Below, one piece after another: positions 23,880-37,330 of a DNA stretch of 64,000 bases. The stretch spans positions 52,824,001 to 52,888,000 of the forward strand of contig NC_135824.1 of NCBI RefSeq assembly GCF_964213995.1, given 5' to 3'. The DNA is from Mustelus asterias (Eukaryota). A program made the translations under genes and the position numbers. The notes beneath the pieces were generated by a model. The model worked only from the letters and a program-made list of their open reading frames with translations, made no database searches and was not told the origin of the DNA. Each line of letters starts with the position of its first letter. The first letter of the stretch is position 1.

Positions 23880-25570
23880 CATTTTCAGCCGGAGACCTTG
23901 GGAGTGAAGGAGCCTGCGCCAGGCCGATTGCTGCACTTGAGGGTCCGTGAGGGGGGCGGGGATGCTTCACTTTGTGAATGTCTACGCTTCCAATGCTAGG
24001 CCGCAACAAATGTCTTTCTATGAGAAAGCGTCCACTCATCTTGGCAACATCAACGCGGGTGAGTGCATCGTCCGCGGGGGGTGGACGTCTGGAGACACCT
24101 CCATCCTGGCTCCAGTGTCTTCACTTGGGTGGGACCTGGGGTTGAAGCATCCAGATTCAACCGCCTGTGCGTCAGGATTCCGTCGGCCTCTCTGCAGCAG
24201 GTGCCATGCTCGTACCACCACCTGGTGTGAGCGGATCGCATTCGGTCTTCCATCCGGGTGGGATCCGCGTACTGGCACTTTAATAACCTGCTGCTGGAGG
24301 ATGGGCGGTTGGAGAAGGAAGCGGTGAGGCTTCCCCCCTTGGGATTATGGTGCGATGTGGGCAAGACTCACGTCCGTACCTTCTGTCAGGAGTACCCAAG
24401 GGGGTTGACAAAGAGGCGGAAATCCAGGGACGAAGAGTCGGAGCGGGAGGTTTTCAACCTGGAGTCACACCTCAGTCAGCCGGATGCGGACCCAGCCCTG
24501 CGGCTGGAGTACAGGGAGAAGAAGGGCGCGCTGTGGGACCTGCAGCTTGTTGAGTCTCGCGGCACAAACGTGAGGTCGTGGATTCGGATCCGTATGGAAC
24601 TGGACCACTTGTGCATTTGTAAGGGTTCGTGCCTTACTAAATTATGTCTTCTACTCACTGAAAAAAAGACAGGCAATCTGTCAGCAGCTACTTACGCTGC
24701 TGGCCCCTGTCTCAGATCTGGAGGGCATTTGGACCATCGCCCGTAATTACTATACTGCCCTCTTCTCTCTGGTTCCGTCCAGAAAGGATGCCCACAGAGT
24801 TTTGTGAGAGAACCTGCCGCAGGTCAGCCCAGAGGGCGCTGTTAGGCTCGATGGTCCTATCAGCCTTGAGGAACTGATCGGTGCCCTCGACAGCCTCTCA
24901 AGTGGAAAAGACCCGGGGCTGGATGGGTTGACAGCGGAATTCCTCTGGGCATTTTGGAACGTCCTGGGGAATGACTATGCAGCCGTCCTGTGGGAGAGTA
25001 CTGCGACTGGGGAGATGCCCCTTTCTTGTTGCATGGCTTTCATTGCCCTGCTGCCCAAGTAGGGGGATCTCTGCCTACTGAAAAACAGCTGCCAGCTGCC
25101 TCAGTGTGGGCTACAAAATATTTGCCAGGGTCATGTCGTCGTGCCTTGACAGTGTGATGGACCACATGATCCACCCTGACCAGCCCTACAAGTTCCCGAA
25201 CCAAACCATCCACAATAACCTCCATCTGGTCCGAGACCTAATCCACCATTCCCAGAGGGCTGGTGTGTCGAGCACCTTCCTGTCTCTTGACCAGGAGAAG
25301 GCATTCGACAGGGTGGATCATGAGTATCTGCTTGGGGTTCTGTGGGCATTTGGGTTCGGGATGCACTTTGTCACCCGGATCCAATTACTGTACGCTGCCA
25401 TGGAGTGTCTCGTTAAGGTTAATGGGTCCCTGACGGCACCCCTTTATTTTGGGAGGGGGGGTTATGGCAGGGATACCCTTTGTCCGGCCAAATATCTTCT
25501 ATTCGCGTGGAGCCATTCCTGCACCTCTTGTGGAGGAGGGTGTTGGGATTGTCTCTGCGTGGGCCGGGCA
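23880..25570 (+). mobile_element. Tx1-clade (L1 group) LINE ORF2 remnant
   Basis: GRLLHL/HFVNVYA endonuclease, GSAYWHFNNLLLED, LSLDQEKAFDRVDHEYL RT motifs; frameshifted. Confidence 0.8.
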
Positions 25571-26272
25571 CCCTCTGCAAGACGTGCCGGATCATCGACA
25601 CGGATACCACCATCACACCTGAGAACACCACCCACCAGGTACACGGTACATACTCATGCGACTCATGTTGTCCACCTCATATGCTGCAGGAAAGGATGAC
25701 CCGAGACATGGTACATCGGCGAGACCATGCAGAAGCTACGACAACGGATGAACGGACACCATGCAACAATCACCAGGCAGGAGTGTTCCCTTCCAGTGCG
25801 GAACACTTCAGCTGTCAAGGGCATTCAGCCTCGAATCTTCGGGTAAGCATTCTCCAAGGCGGTCTTCAGGACACACGACAACGCAGAAATGCCGAACAGA
25901 AACTGATAGCCAAGTTCTGCACGCATGAGGACGGCCTCAACCGGGACCTTGAGTTTATGTCACACTACATGTAACCCCCATCATTTGGCCTGGGCTTGCA
26001 AAATCCTACCAACTGTCCTGGCTTGAGACAATTCACACCTCTTTAACCTCTGATTATCTCTCTCTCCACCCGCACTGTCTGTACCTGTAAAGACTTGATT
26101 ACCTGTAAAGACTCGCATTGCAACCATTATCTTGCAATCGTGTCTCTGTCTATATATGCTGTGTTTGTGAACCCATCTCTCCACCTATCTGATGAAGGAG
26201 CAGCGCTCCAAAAACTTCTGATCCCGAATGAACCCATTGGACTTTAATCTGGTGTTGTGAGACTTCTTACTG
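25570..26272 (+). mobile_element. Penelope-like element 3' part (GIY-YIG endonuclease remnant + pLTR)
   Basis: CKTC...GTYSCDS...WYIGET...EHFS.QGHS...EQKLIAKF.THEDGLNRD motifs; degenerate hammerhead core at ~26189-26215. Confidence 0.85.
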
Positions 26273-26689
26273 AACTTAAATAACGGTACTTATAAAGGAA
26301 GGAGGGTAGAGTTGGCGGGAGTGGGCTGGGAAAGGAGTTTAGCAGAAAAGATGGTTGATCAGCAATGGCAGATGCTTATGACAATAGTTCATGACTCATA
26401 ACAAAATATATCTCAGTGACGGAGAAGAATTTTAGGAAGGAGATAAATCATCCATGGTACCAAGGGAGTCAATGGTAGTATTAAACTGAAGGAAAAAGCA
26501 TACAATTTGGCAAAGATCAATAGTAAGCCAGAGGATGGGGAAGTTTTAAAAACCAAAAGAAGATGACCCAAAAAAAGGGAGAAGATGAACTATGAGAGTA
26601 AACTGACAGTAAGAGCTTCTTTAAATATAGAAAAGGTAAGAGAGAGGCCAAATTGACATGGGCCCCTTAGAGATTGGACTGAGGAAATG

Positions 26690-29265
26690 AGACTGAGGGC
26701 TAATTACATTAGTTTTAAGATAGCTATGGAGAATGATAGGTCTGGCCCAGAAGTTAAAATTCTAAATTGGGGCAATGCCAATTTTGATGGTATCAGACTC
26801 TCAATACTTAATTGGGGGAGTCTGTGGGAAGGCAAAGGGACGTCTGGTAAGTGGGAGGATTTCAAAACTGTGTTACCCAGGGTTCAGGTAAGCACATTCC
26901 TCTTAGAGTTAAAGGCAAGGCTGGTAGAAGTAGGGAACCCTGGATGACTAGGGATATTGAGGCCCGGGTCAAGAAGAAGAAGGCAAATGACATGCATAGG
27001 CAGCTGTGCTACCGTACCGGCGGCACGGTAGCACAGTGGTTAGCACTGCTGCTTCACAGCTCCAGGGACCTGGGTTCGATTCCTGGCTTGGGTCACTGTC
27101 TGTGTGGAGTTTGCACATTCTCCTCGTGTCTGCGTGGGTTTCCTCCGGGTGCTCCGGTTTCCTCCCACAGTCCAAAGATGTGCGGGTTAGGTTGATTGGC
27201 CATGCTAAAAAAAATTGCCCCTTAGTGTCCTGAGATGCGTAGGGTAGAGGGATTAGTGGATAAATATGTAGGGATATGGTGGTAGGGCCTGAGTGGGATT
27301 GTGGTCGGTGCAGACTCGATGGGCCGAATGGCCTCTTTCTGTACTGTAGGGTTTCTATGAGAAGTGGATCCCTTGAAGAGTATAGAGGGTACAGAAGTAG
27401 AGTTAAGAGAGAAATCAGGAGGTCAAAAAGGGGCCATGAGAATGCTTTGGCAGATAAGGCAAAGGAGAATCCAAAGAGCTTCTACAAATACATAAAGGGT
27501 AAAAGAGTAACCAGGGAGAGAGTAGGGCCACTTAAGAATCAACAAGGTCATCTACGTGTGGATCCACAAGAGATGGGTGAGATCCTAAATGAATATTTCT
27601 CATCAGTATTCACTGTTGAGAAAAGCATGGATGTTAGGGAACTTGGGGAAATAAATAGTGATGTCTTGAGGAGTGCACATATTACAGAGAAGGAGGTGCT
27701 GGAAGTCTTAAAGCACATCAAGGGACCTGGTAAAGCGTATCCCAGGACATTGTGGGATGCTAGGGAGGAAATTGCGGGTCCCATAGCAGAGATATTTGAA
27801 TCATCGATAGTCACAGATGAGGTGCCTGAAGATTGGAGGATGGCAAATGCTGTGCCTTTGTTTAAGAAGGGCTGCAGAGAAAAGCCTGGGTGCGCCTCAC
27901 ATCTATAGGGGGTAAGTTGTTGGAGGTATTTTGAGAGACAGGACCTACAGGCATTTCGAGACACAAGGACTGATTAGGGATAGTCAGCATGGCTTTGTGA
28001 GTGGAAAATCATGTCTCACAAATTTGATTGAGTTTTTTGAAGGGGTAACCGAAAAGGTAGATGAGAGTAGTGCAGTGGATGTTGTCTACATGGACTTTGG
28101 CAAGGTCTTTGACAAGGTACCACATGGTAGGTTGTTGCATTATGTTAAATCTCACGGGATCCATGGTGAGGAGTCGAATGGATACAAAATTGGCTTGATG
28201 ACAGAAGCCAGAGGGTGGTTGTAGAGGGTTGTTTGTCAAACTGGAGGCCAGTGACCAGCAGTGTGCCTCAGGGATCAGTGCTAGGTCCACTGTTATTTGT
28301 CATTTATATTAATGATTTGGATGAGAATTTAGTAGACATGCTTAGTAAGTTTGCAGATGACACCAAGACTGGTGCCATAGTGGACAGTGGTTATCTAGGA
28401 TTGCAACGGGATCTTGATCAATTGGGCCAGTGGTCTGAAGAATGGCAGATGGAGTTTAATTTAGATAAATGTGAGGTGATGCATTTTCGTGCATCGCAAA
28501 AGAGCTGGACTTACTCAGTTAATGGTAACGTGTTGGGGAGAGTTATCGAACAAAGAGATCTAGGGGTACAGGTTCATAGCTTCTTGAAATTGGAGTCACA
28601 GGTGGACAGAATGGCGAAGAAGGCATTCGGCATGCTTGGTTTCATTAGTCAGAACATTGAATACAAGTGTTGGGACGTCTTGTTGAAGTTATACAAGGCA
28701 TTGGTAAGGCCACACTTGGAATACTTTGCACAGTTCCGGTCACCCTATTATAGAAAGGCCATTATTAAACTAGAAAGAGTGCAGAAAAGATTTACTAGGA
28801 TGCTACCGGGACTTGATGGTTTGAGTTATAAGGAGAGGCTGAATAGACTGGGACTTTTTTCTCTGGAGTGTAGGAAGCTGAGGGTGATCTTACAGACATC
28901 CATAAAATAATGAGGGGCATAGATCAGCAGGATAGTCAATATCTTTTCCCAAAGGTAGTGGAGTTTAAAACTTGGGGGCATAGGTTTAAAGTGGGAGGGG
29001 AGAGATGCAAAAGAGTCCAGAGGGGCAATTTTTTCACACAGAGGGTGGTGAGTGTCTGGAACAAGCTGCCAGAGGTAGTATTAGAGGTGGGTACAATTTT
29101 GTCTTTTAAAAAGCGTTTAGACAGTTACATGGGTAAGACGGGTGCAGAGGGATAGGGGCCAAATGCGGGCAATTGGGACTAGCTTCGGGGTTAGAAAAGG
29201 GGTGGCATGGTCAAGTTGGGCCGAAGGGCCTGTTGCCATGCTGTAAACCTCTCTGACTCCATGAC
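26690..29265 (+). mobile_element. Degenerate CR1 LINE ORF2 with a SINE inserted at 27018-27360
   Basis: Frameshifted RT ORFs 27276-29155 with canonical motifs; ACTCCATGACTCT-type tail. Confidence 0.88.
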
Positions 29266-30784
29266 TCTGAAACCACCCTGTCCTGTTTCTGTGCTGTGTT
29301 CATGTGCAGCAATGCAAAGAAGCATTGAAGAAATTAAAGACATTAAAAAATCAAAGGAGATCTGAATAGCCACGACACTGACAGACACACTCAAAGAAGA
29401 GGTGAAAAGATAAGACCTTGAAACAAAGGTTTCTCCAGACAGCTCTGAAATTAACACAGACAATGCTGGAATAACAGGGTGGCATCAAATCACAAATAAC
29501 ACAGCTGCATATCCCAGGGGAGCTGTTTGCTGGTTGGTGTCTACAAAATGCATGTAAAACAGACAAAACATTTCAAGATTTAAACTGGCCAACAGAAATC
29601 TGGTTTATACAAATATAATTCCAAACTCACATTTCAAATCCAAGGTTGGGCTCTTGCTGTGCACAAATTAGCTGCCACATTGTCAGCAGCAGCACAGATT
29701 GGAGCAGTTCAGTGGAATAGAATTGACAAAAGTGCTTTGTTCCATCTACCGATGAGCAGAAACAGGTATGAATGCCTCTTCCTCCTTTCCCATGAATCCA
29801 AGCAAGGAAAATGATCTAAAAATGTTTTAATTCTCAATGAGAAATCTCGCTGTCAGGGGACCAGAAAGAAAATGTACGATCAGAACGAACGAAATTGGTC
29901 AGAAAGTGAAGAATTGGGGGAGGTGGAGGCAGTTAAACAATGTTTCTGCTCCACGCATTCAAACCCACACAAACTGTTAGTTGTTGCAGCCGTGTTGTCT
30001 GCACAACGACGGCTTTGCATTTCTTTGGAAACATTTAAAGATTTAAACTGGCCAACAGCAATCTGGTTTATACAAATATAATTCCAAACTCACATTTCAA
30101 ATCCCAGTCCCTGGGAATGCTCAGTTTCTCCAATTTGCATTCAAACTGGGTTCCAAAATCACGTGTCACAACACAACCTGCTATGTTGCTATGATTTGAA
30201 AGTTATCCACACTGGAAATATTTCTGTCACAAAGCTTTAAAACTGGGAAGGATAAAGTCAAAAAAGCAGCATGCAAATCTGCAACTCTCACACAGGGTTT
30301 GCTGAGCACCTCACCCAGACGTTAGCTTTTCATTCGTTGGTCTGTGGAAATCAGGGTTTTTTTTTTGCCCTTTCTGAAGTTCCTTCTGGCAATTGGGTTG
30401 CTGGATCGATACAAGCTCGGGCATCCTCTCTTCACCTTCGCAAAATCCAGGCTGAAACCTAACATATTGCTGTTGTTCAAACTGGGTTTGAATAACAAAT
30501 GTCCTGGATGACACAATCTGAACTCAGATCAAACGGGCTGACGACTCAGCTCCACCCCTGATTGTTGGCCAGTAGCCGACAGTTCACAACCTGTCCTCCC
30601 TCCAATTCTTTTGCCCCTATTCAGTTATTAATTAAGCAGTGATGGTAGAAGGGACACAATATGCAGGGTACAAGGAAAATCAGGGGAATGGCACTAAGCC
30701 ACAATGCTCTGGGAGAGCTAGTACAGACACAATGGGCCAAATGGCCTCCTTCTGCGCTGTAAAAATTCTGAGCTTGGTGGAATT

Positions 30785-31093
30785 ATCATAGAATCCTACA
30801 GTACGTTTGGCCCATCAGGTCTGCCAACCAAAATCCCACCCAGGGCCCTATCTCCATAACCACATGCATTCACTCTAGCTAGTCCCCCTGATACTAAGGA
30901 TCACTGTAGCATGGCCAATCCACCCAACCTGCACATCATTGGAGTGTGGGAGGAAACCGGAGCGCCCGGAGGAAACCCACGTGGACACGGGGAGAATGTA
31001 CAAACTCCACACAGACAAACCCAATCCGGGAATCAAACACAGATCTCTGGTGATGTGAGGCAGCAGTGTTAACCACTGTGCCACCATGCCGCC
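30785..31093 (-). mobile_element. HE1-type SINE
   Basis: Head, core and tail recognisable. Confidence 0.8.
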
Positions 31094-33921
31094 CATATAA
31101 TAATGATGTCATTGAACTCATAATGTTTTGATTTCTTCATGGTATGTGGACATCGCTGGCTGGGCCAGCATTTATTGCCCATCCCTAATTGCCCCTGAAG
31201 GGACACTTAAGAGTCAACCACATTGCAGTGGACCTGGAGTCACATGTACAAAGAACAATACAGCACAGGAACAGGCCCTTTGGCCCATCAAGCCTGTGCC
31301 GATACATGGTTTCTATCCGGCTGTTCACCTCCCATTCATGTGTCTATCAAGATGTGCCTTGAACGTTGCGAAGGTGCCTGCTTCCACCGCCCCCACTGGC
31401 AGTGCATTCCAGGGTCTCACCACTCTGTGTGTGAAAAACTTTCCCTGAACGTCCCCCCTAAACCTACCCACTCTGACCTTAAACCTGTGCCACTGCTTTG
31501 CTCTGCTGCCTCAAGAGGACCCAAACACAGTCTGCACCCTCTTTCCAGCCCAATCACTCTGCCGTTTGATGCCTCAAACACCACACTCTCCATCCTCACC
31601 TCATCCTTCCTGCCATCTCCTCCCAGTAACATCTCCTCTGAGGAAGACACAAACTCACCTCAGACACAAAGCTTGAAGAATCTCCCCGGTTCATACCACT
31701 GTAAAACTGTCTGGAAACAGGAGACACAAATTTCCCCTGCAGGTCGGATGGAAGTTTTTGTGCTTCCCAATTAATGAGTATTCACGGTATACAAATGAAT
31801 AGTGTAAGAGGGAGTTTAGAATAACTTGGGACTAAAAGACTAAGAGATCAGAGTGAATAGAGCATAGCAAAATCACAAAGTTCCTGGAATATAGTTTACA
31901 AAGGTACTGTTTGCATAGAGACACATACAACTACTGTTAGAGAATTTAGACATGTATTTTTGAATATTCTTTATTAAAAGCATATGCCCTGGCTAATGAC
32001 ACAATGCCCTAAGGCATCATGGGACATAGTCAAGGAAAAGGAACCACATTCCTCAGTACAATGCAGCTACTGAGTGCAGGGTAAATCAATTCTTATCAGT
32101 GCCTCTAGACGTCCCTAATGAATAGAATATTCACTAACCAAGGACAGTGCCAGAGATCTCAAGGCTTTGAAGGAATGGGTCATGCATTACACCAGATAAG
32201 AACGTCTAGGGAGTTTCAGGAGACAGTGAGAAAGACTGTCAAAATCCACAAACTCACATAGTCCCATGCTGTCAGAAGGTAAATGTTATTGGGCAAGGTA
32301 AATAATCTATATTTAGAATTTCTACAGTGCAGAAGCAGGCCATTCGGCAAACTAATTGCAGCTGCCCGGCTTTTGGCTTGGGGCCAGCTGATTCCTTGGC
32401 TCTGGCAATCCTCCGCATGCTCGAGCACTCAGTAATTCCCTACTCCGCCCGATGTTGTGGGCACCCAGAAGCCTCACCACTAACCTGCCCCCCCCATTGT
32501 GATAGTATCTGTGCTGATGGATTGTGTGGTGGAAGCCTGTGTTGAATGGATTGTGCTGGCCTCAGAGGATTCCTCAGAGGATTCCTTCAAGCTTTCCTCC
32601 GAGCTGTCTTGGGGCATCAATGCAGGTGCATCAGAGGGGCCTGGCAATGCCAGACAGGCCGGGAATGGGGGCATCAGGGCCGATTCCTGAAACAAAAGTC
32701 ACACGGTTCAGTGCAGGGAAGGACAAGTGTCTGGGCAGCATGCTGCTTATGTTGGATCAAAGGGAGACATGATTTTCCCAGCTCATCATGCCGGTCAATC
32801 AGGGTGGCGAGCGGTAAGGTCACGAGAGAGGCATAAAGCCAGGGTTTTTTTATTCATTCGTGGAACATGGGTATTACTGGCTGGCCAACATTGATTGCCC
32901 ATCCCTAATTGCCCGAGGGCAGTTGAGAGTCAACTATGTTGCTGTGACTCTGGAGTCACATGTAGGCCAGACTGGGTAAGGACGGCAGATTTCCTTCCCT
33001 AAAGGGACATTAGTGAACCAAATTGGTTTTCCCCACAATCGACAATTGTTTCATGATCATCAGTAGATTCTTAACTCCAGATATTTTTTATTGAATTCAA
33101 ATTCTGCCATCTGCAATGAACCCGGGTCCCCAGAACATTAGCTGAGTTTCTGGATTAATAGTCTAGCGATAATATCACGAGGCGACCATCTCCCCCTAAG
33201 TGCAATCAAGGTAAGTGCAAGTGAGCCTGGATGATAGCGTCCAGGGCTCACTAATTGCATGGTAAGCATGTCATGAATATTTAAATTGGTTTCGCGCCCT
33301 TTTTGGGCACAAAGCTGATTTCACCAGCAGAACTGGGCCGGTCAGATCGAGGAAGGTGAGAAACTGGCCCCGAATTCATTTTGCACCTCTCACCCTATCT
33401 TACCAGTTCAGCACACCGATCGAGAAGTGGGACGACAGAGTGAGATGGTCACCCATACATGCATACAAAATCAATCATGGCACACACATATACACAAGCA
33501 CGTACCCTCTCAGACAGAGGCACTTTCTCTCTACACACTCTCACTGTCTCTGTCTCTCTCGGGGACAGATACACAGAACAATGACAGTAATTCGCTGTGC
33601 GGAGTTGGGTGTTTCTGTACATTCTGTGTGAGGGATCTCAATCATAAACTCAGTGTATAGCCAGCCAATGGAAGGGCAGATCTATGAGGTGGGATTTCCT
33701 GTCCAATCATTTTGAGGCAATGCCATTAGTGACAGGCAGGCTGGCAAATGGGAAGGCACAGATGTAAGACAGATTCATATCTGACCAATCATTGTGAGAG
33801 TTTTTGATGTTGGGCAGTGGATCTTGCAAATTTGAGGTGAGTTTGGCCAAGTAAGATCCCCCATTAGCTATATAAAACAAATAATAAAAAAACTTGTTCA
33901 CTGTATCCGTGATTCAGTTCC

Positions 33922-34823
33922 TCATCTTTTAATGAATTGAGTAATAGGAGTAAAGGAATACTTCAGCACATTCTTCAACTGCTGTCTGAACTGAGTCTGT
34001 GTCACGGCATAAATCGCAGTGTTCGTGCAACAACTCAGGAGCTGCAGCATGAAGCCCAATTCCATAACATAATCATGCATCTGTACAGACTGATACCCCA
34101 AATAATATATTCGACTCCATATAGAATAAACCAGTATCATTGACCATAACAGAACGAAATTGGCTGAGATAACAAACAGTAAAATTATGGATTTCCTTCG
34201 ACTCTCCATCTCTGGGTCTCTGGGATTCTCTCCACTGCTGTGAGCCCGGAGTCTCTTGCGGGCTCTGCTGCTCACTACAATGTGTTGGACAGTGAAAATA
34301 TTGAGCACCAGAATCAGAGCAAATGGGATGAACGGGTTTAGAATGTTATGGAGGACCTCGAATATTGTCCAGCCCAGAGAATCCATAGCATCGTCTGTGT
34401 AATCACAAAACCAGGGGGTGTTCACCCGCCAATACCCATCTGCTAGCATAAAATACCAGAAAATGTTCTTTAAACAGGACACCACACTCACTGTTCCCAG
34501 AACCACAGCCGCAGTTTTCTCATTGCAATATTTACTTTTCAGCTTGGGACAGCAAATGGCCACAAATCGATCAAAGGTGAAAGTGACAGTGAACCAGACG
34601 GAACAGTCAGTGGCTGCATAAAGCAGGACGGCGTGGATATTGCACACAGGGATAGACCACAGGAAATTAAACTGTTCCGGATAAAGCATAGGAACGTGTC
34701 TGAATATCAGGTCGAAGATAATAACCAGTAGATCCGCCACTGACATAGACACCAGGTAGCAAGTGACACATTTGGACAGTCCACAGTCTTTGCATTTCAG
34801 GGTCACAACTGTGATCAAGTTCA
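33922..34823 (-). CDS. GPR139/GPR142-like class A GPCR paralogue A, exon 2 (TM1-TM7)
   Basis: Open 300 codons; SMSVADL (TM2), TFDRFVAICCP (TM3), LSCCTNTAIY (TM7); AG acceptor 34825-34824, phase 1. Confidence 0.92.
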
Positions 34824-35544
34824 CTGTAAGGAAGGGAAATAAATAATGAAATTATACATCAGGCTGGGCAAGTGGTTATCAGATTGATCGAGGTAATGTT
34901 GACAAAGTGAAATAAATCACACACGTGCACACACTCACAAACATGCACAAACTCTCATAAAGACACAGAAACAACACACACAAAAACACAGAAACAAACA
35001 TGCTCATCGACATTCAAACACTCATACACAAGCATATTAATGCATGCGTGCACACACACACAAACATACATGAACACACAACCATGAAAACAGTGTGACG
35101 AATCTGTGCCTTCAAGAAATGCATTTGTGTCATGTTTCTTGTGTTGGATTTTTTTTAAGCAGTCAGTTCTATGTACCGGTGCCACTTTGTCTGCGACTGA
35201 CAGCCTACATGTTGATGCCACAGAAGCATAATTGGTCCTAATTGCTGGAATGCTTGTTTTTTTTATCTGGGCTAATGTAAATTGTTATCTTAGTTGTTTC
35301 CCTGGGCCTTTTCAGAATGGATCTTGATTAGATTGATTGACAGGAGAAGTCATGTGACTGCGTGGCTAGGCTCCCAGAGGGGAACAAGCTTTGTTGCTGC
35401 ATGGGAGCTGTAGAGAGAAGTAACTCCTTCTTTCTCCAAAAATTGGAGACTCGGATCTGCTCGAAAATAGACCGTTGTCTGAAGTCCTGCTGTTTGAAGT
35501 TAGACCATTCACGGGAAACTGCTGTATGGGAGTCAGAAAACAGG

Positions 35545-36810
35545 CGTCAAAATCCTGGAAATCTCTCCCTAACAGCACTGTGGGTGTACCTACACCATCT
35601 GTACAGACTGATGACCGAAACAATCCTGGAGGACTCTCCCTCACAGCACTGTGGGTGTACCTACACCACATAGAATGACTGCTATCCAGCAACAGTTCTG
35701 GAACTCTCTCCCTAACAGGACACTGGGTGTACCTATAACACCTGTGTAGACTGATGTCCAGTAACAATCCTGGAACTCTCTCTCTTTAACCTCATTGTGG
35801 GTGTACCTACACCACATGAACAGACTGATGTCCAATAACAATCCTGGAACTCTCTCCCTAACAGCACTGTGGATGTACCTACACCATGTGGAGATGCCGG
35901 TGTTGGACTGGGGTAAGCACAGTAAGAGGTCTCACAACACCAGGTTAAAGTCCAACAGGTTTATTTGGTAGCATGTGCTTTCGGAGTGTCGCTCCTTCTT
36001 CAGGTGAGTGATGAAGAGGCAGCGCTCCGAAAGCTCACGCTACCAAATAAACAGGTTGGACGTTAACCTGGTGTTGTGAGACTTCTTAATGTACCTACAC
36101 GTCATGGACAGGCTGATGTCCAATAACAATCCTGGAACTCTCTCCCTAACATCACTGTGAATGTACCTACATCACCTGTACAGACTGATGTCCAGTACCA
36201 ATCCTGGAACTTTCTCTCTAACAGCACTGTGGATGTACCTACATCACCTGTGCAGACTGGTGTCCAATAATAATCTTGGAACTGTCTCTCTCTCTAACTT
36301 CATTATGGGTGTACCTACATCACCTGTACAGACTGATGTCCAATAACAATCTTGGAACTCTCTCTCTCTAACCTCATTGTGGGTGTACATACATCGCCTG
36401 TACAGACTGATGTCCAATAACAATCCTGGAACTCTCTCCCTAACAGCATTGTGGGTGAACCTACACTACCTGTACAGATTGATATCCAAAAGAGTCCTGG
36501 AGCACCCTCCCTAACAGCACTGTGCATGTACCAACACCACATGGACAGACTGACGTCCAATAACCATCCTGGAACTTTCGCGCTAACAGCATTGTGGGTG
36601 TACCTACACTACCTGTACAGATTGATGTCCAATAACAATCCTGGAGCACCCTCGCTAAGAGCACTGTGCATGTACCAACACCACATAGACAGACTGATGT
36701 CCAATAACATCTTGGAACTGTCTCCCTAACAGCACTATGGGTGTACCTACACCACATGGACAGATTGATGTCCAATAGCAATCCTGGAACTGGCTCCCTA
36801 ACAGCACAGT
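35545..36810. repeat. ~71-74-bp minisatellite derived from a LINE 3' end (about 14-15 units)
   Basis: Unit AATCCTGGAACTCTCTCCCTAACAGCACTGTGGGTGTACCTACACCA...; its first part matches the LINE sequence at 14419-14455. Confidence 0.88.
35885..36088. mobile_element. Fold-back Penelope-like pLTR insertion with two back-to-back degenerate hammerhead cores
   Basis: Inverted arms of ~85 bp; 12-bp target duplication ATGTACCTACAC (35873-35884, 36089-36100). Confidence 0.8.
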
Positions 36811-36989
36811 GCTAATCAGCAGGAGGTTTCCTTGCCCATGTTTGACCTGGTGCCATGAGACTTCATGGGTCCAGTGTCAATGCTCGGAGTTCCCTGGGAC
36901 AACTCCCTCCTGACTGTACACCACCTGCTGGGTCTGTCCTGCCGGTGGGACAATATATATCCTGGGATGCGAATGGTGGTGTCTGAGAC

Positions 36990-37330
36990 ATCTTAGAAAC
37001 CCTACAGCACAGAAAGAGGCCTTCGGCCCATCGAGTCTGCACCGACCACAATCCCACCCAGGCCCTATCCCCATATCCTTACATATTTACCCACTAATCC
37101 CTGTAACCTACGCATCCCAGGACACTAAGGGCAATTTTTTAGCATGGCCAATCAACCTAACCCGCACATCTTTGGACTGTGGGAGGAAACCGGAGCACCC
37201 AGAGGAAACCCACGCAGACACGAGGAGAATGTGCAAACTCCACACAGACAGTGACCTAAGCCGGGAATCGAACCCAGGTCCCTGGAGCTGCGAAGCAGCA
37301 GTGCCAACCACTGTGCTACCGTGCCGCCCC
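36990..37330 (-). mobile_element. HE1-type SINE
   Basis: Full-length; closely similar to 27018-27360. Confidence 0.85.

Noticed and set aside
31780-32300. Possible additional solo LTR
   Set aside because: LTR-like composition, but I could not define a CA end or a target duplication
1-33900. TCR D, J or C segments
   Set aside because: No 12-RSS-flanked FGxG J motif or C-domain exon was found by eye in this window
35545-36810. CRISPR-like regular array
   Set aside because: Whole units are repeated with no unique spacers; eukaryotic minisatellite
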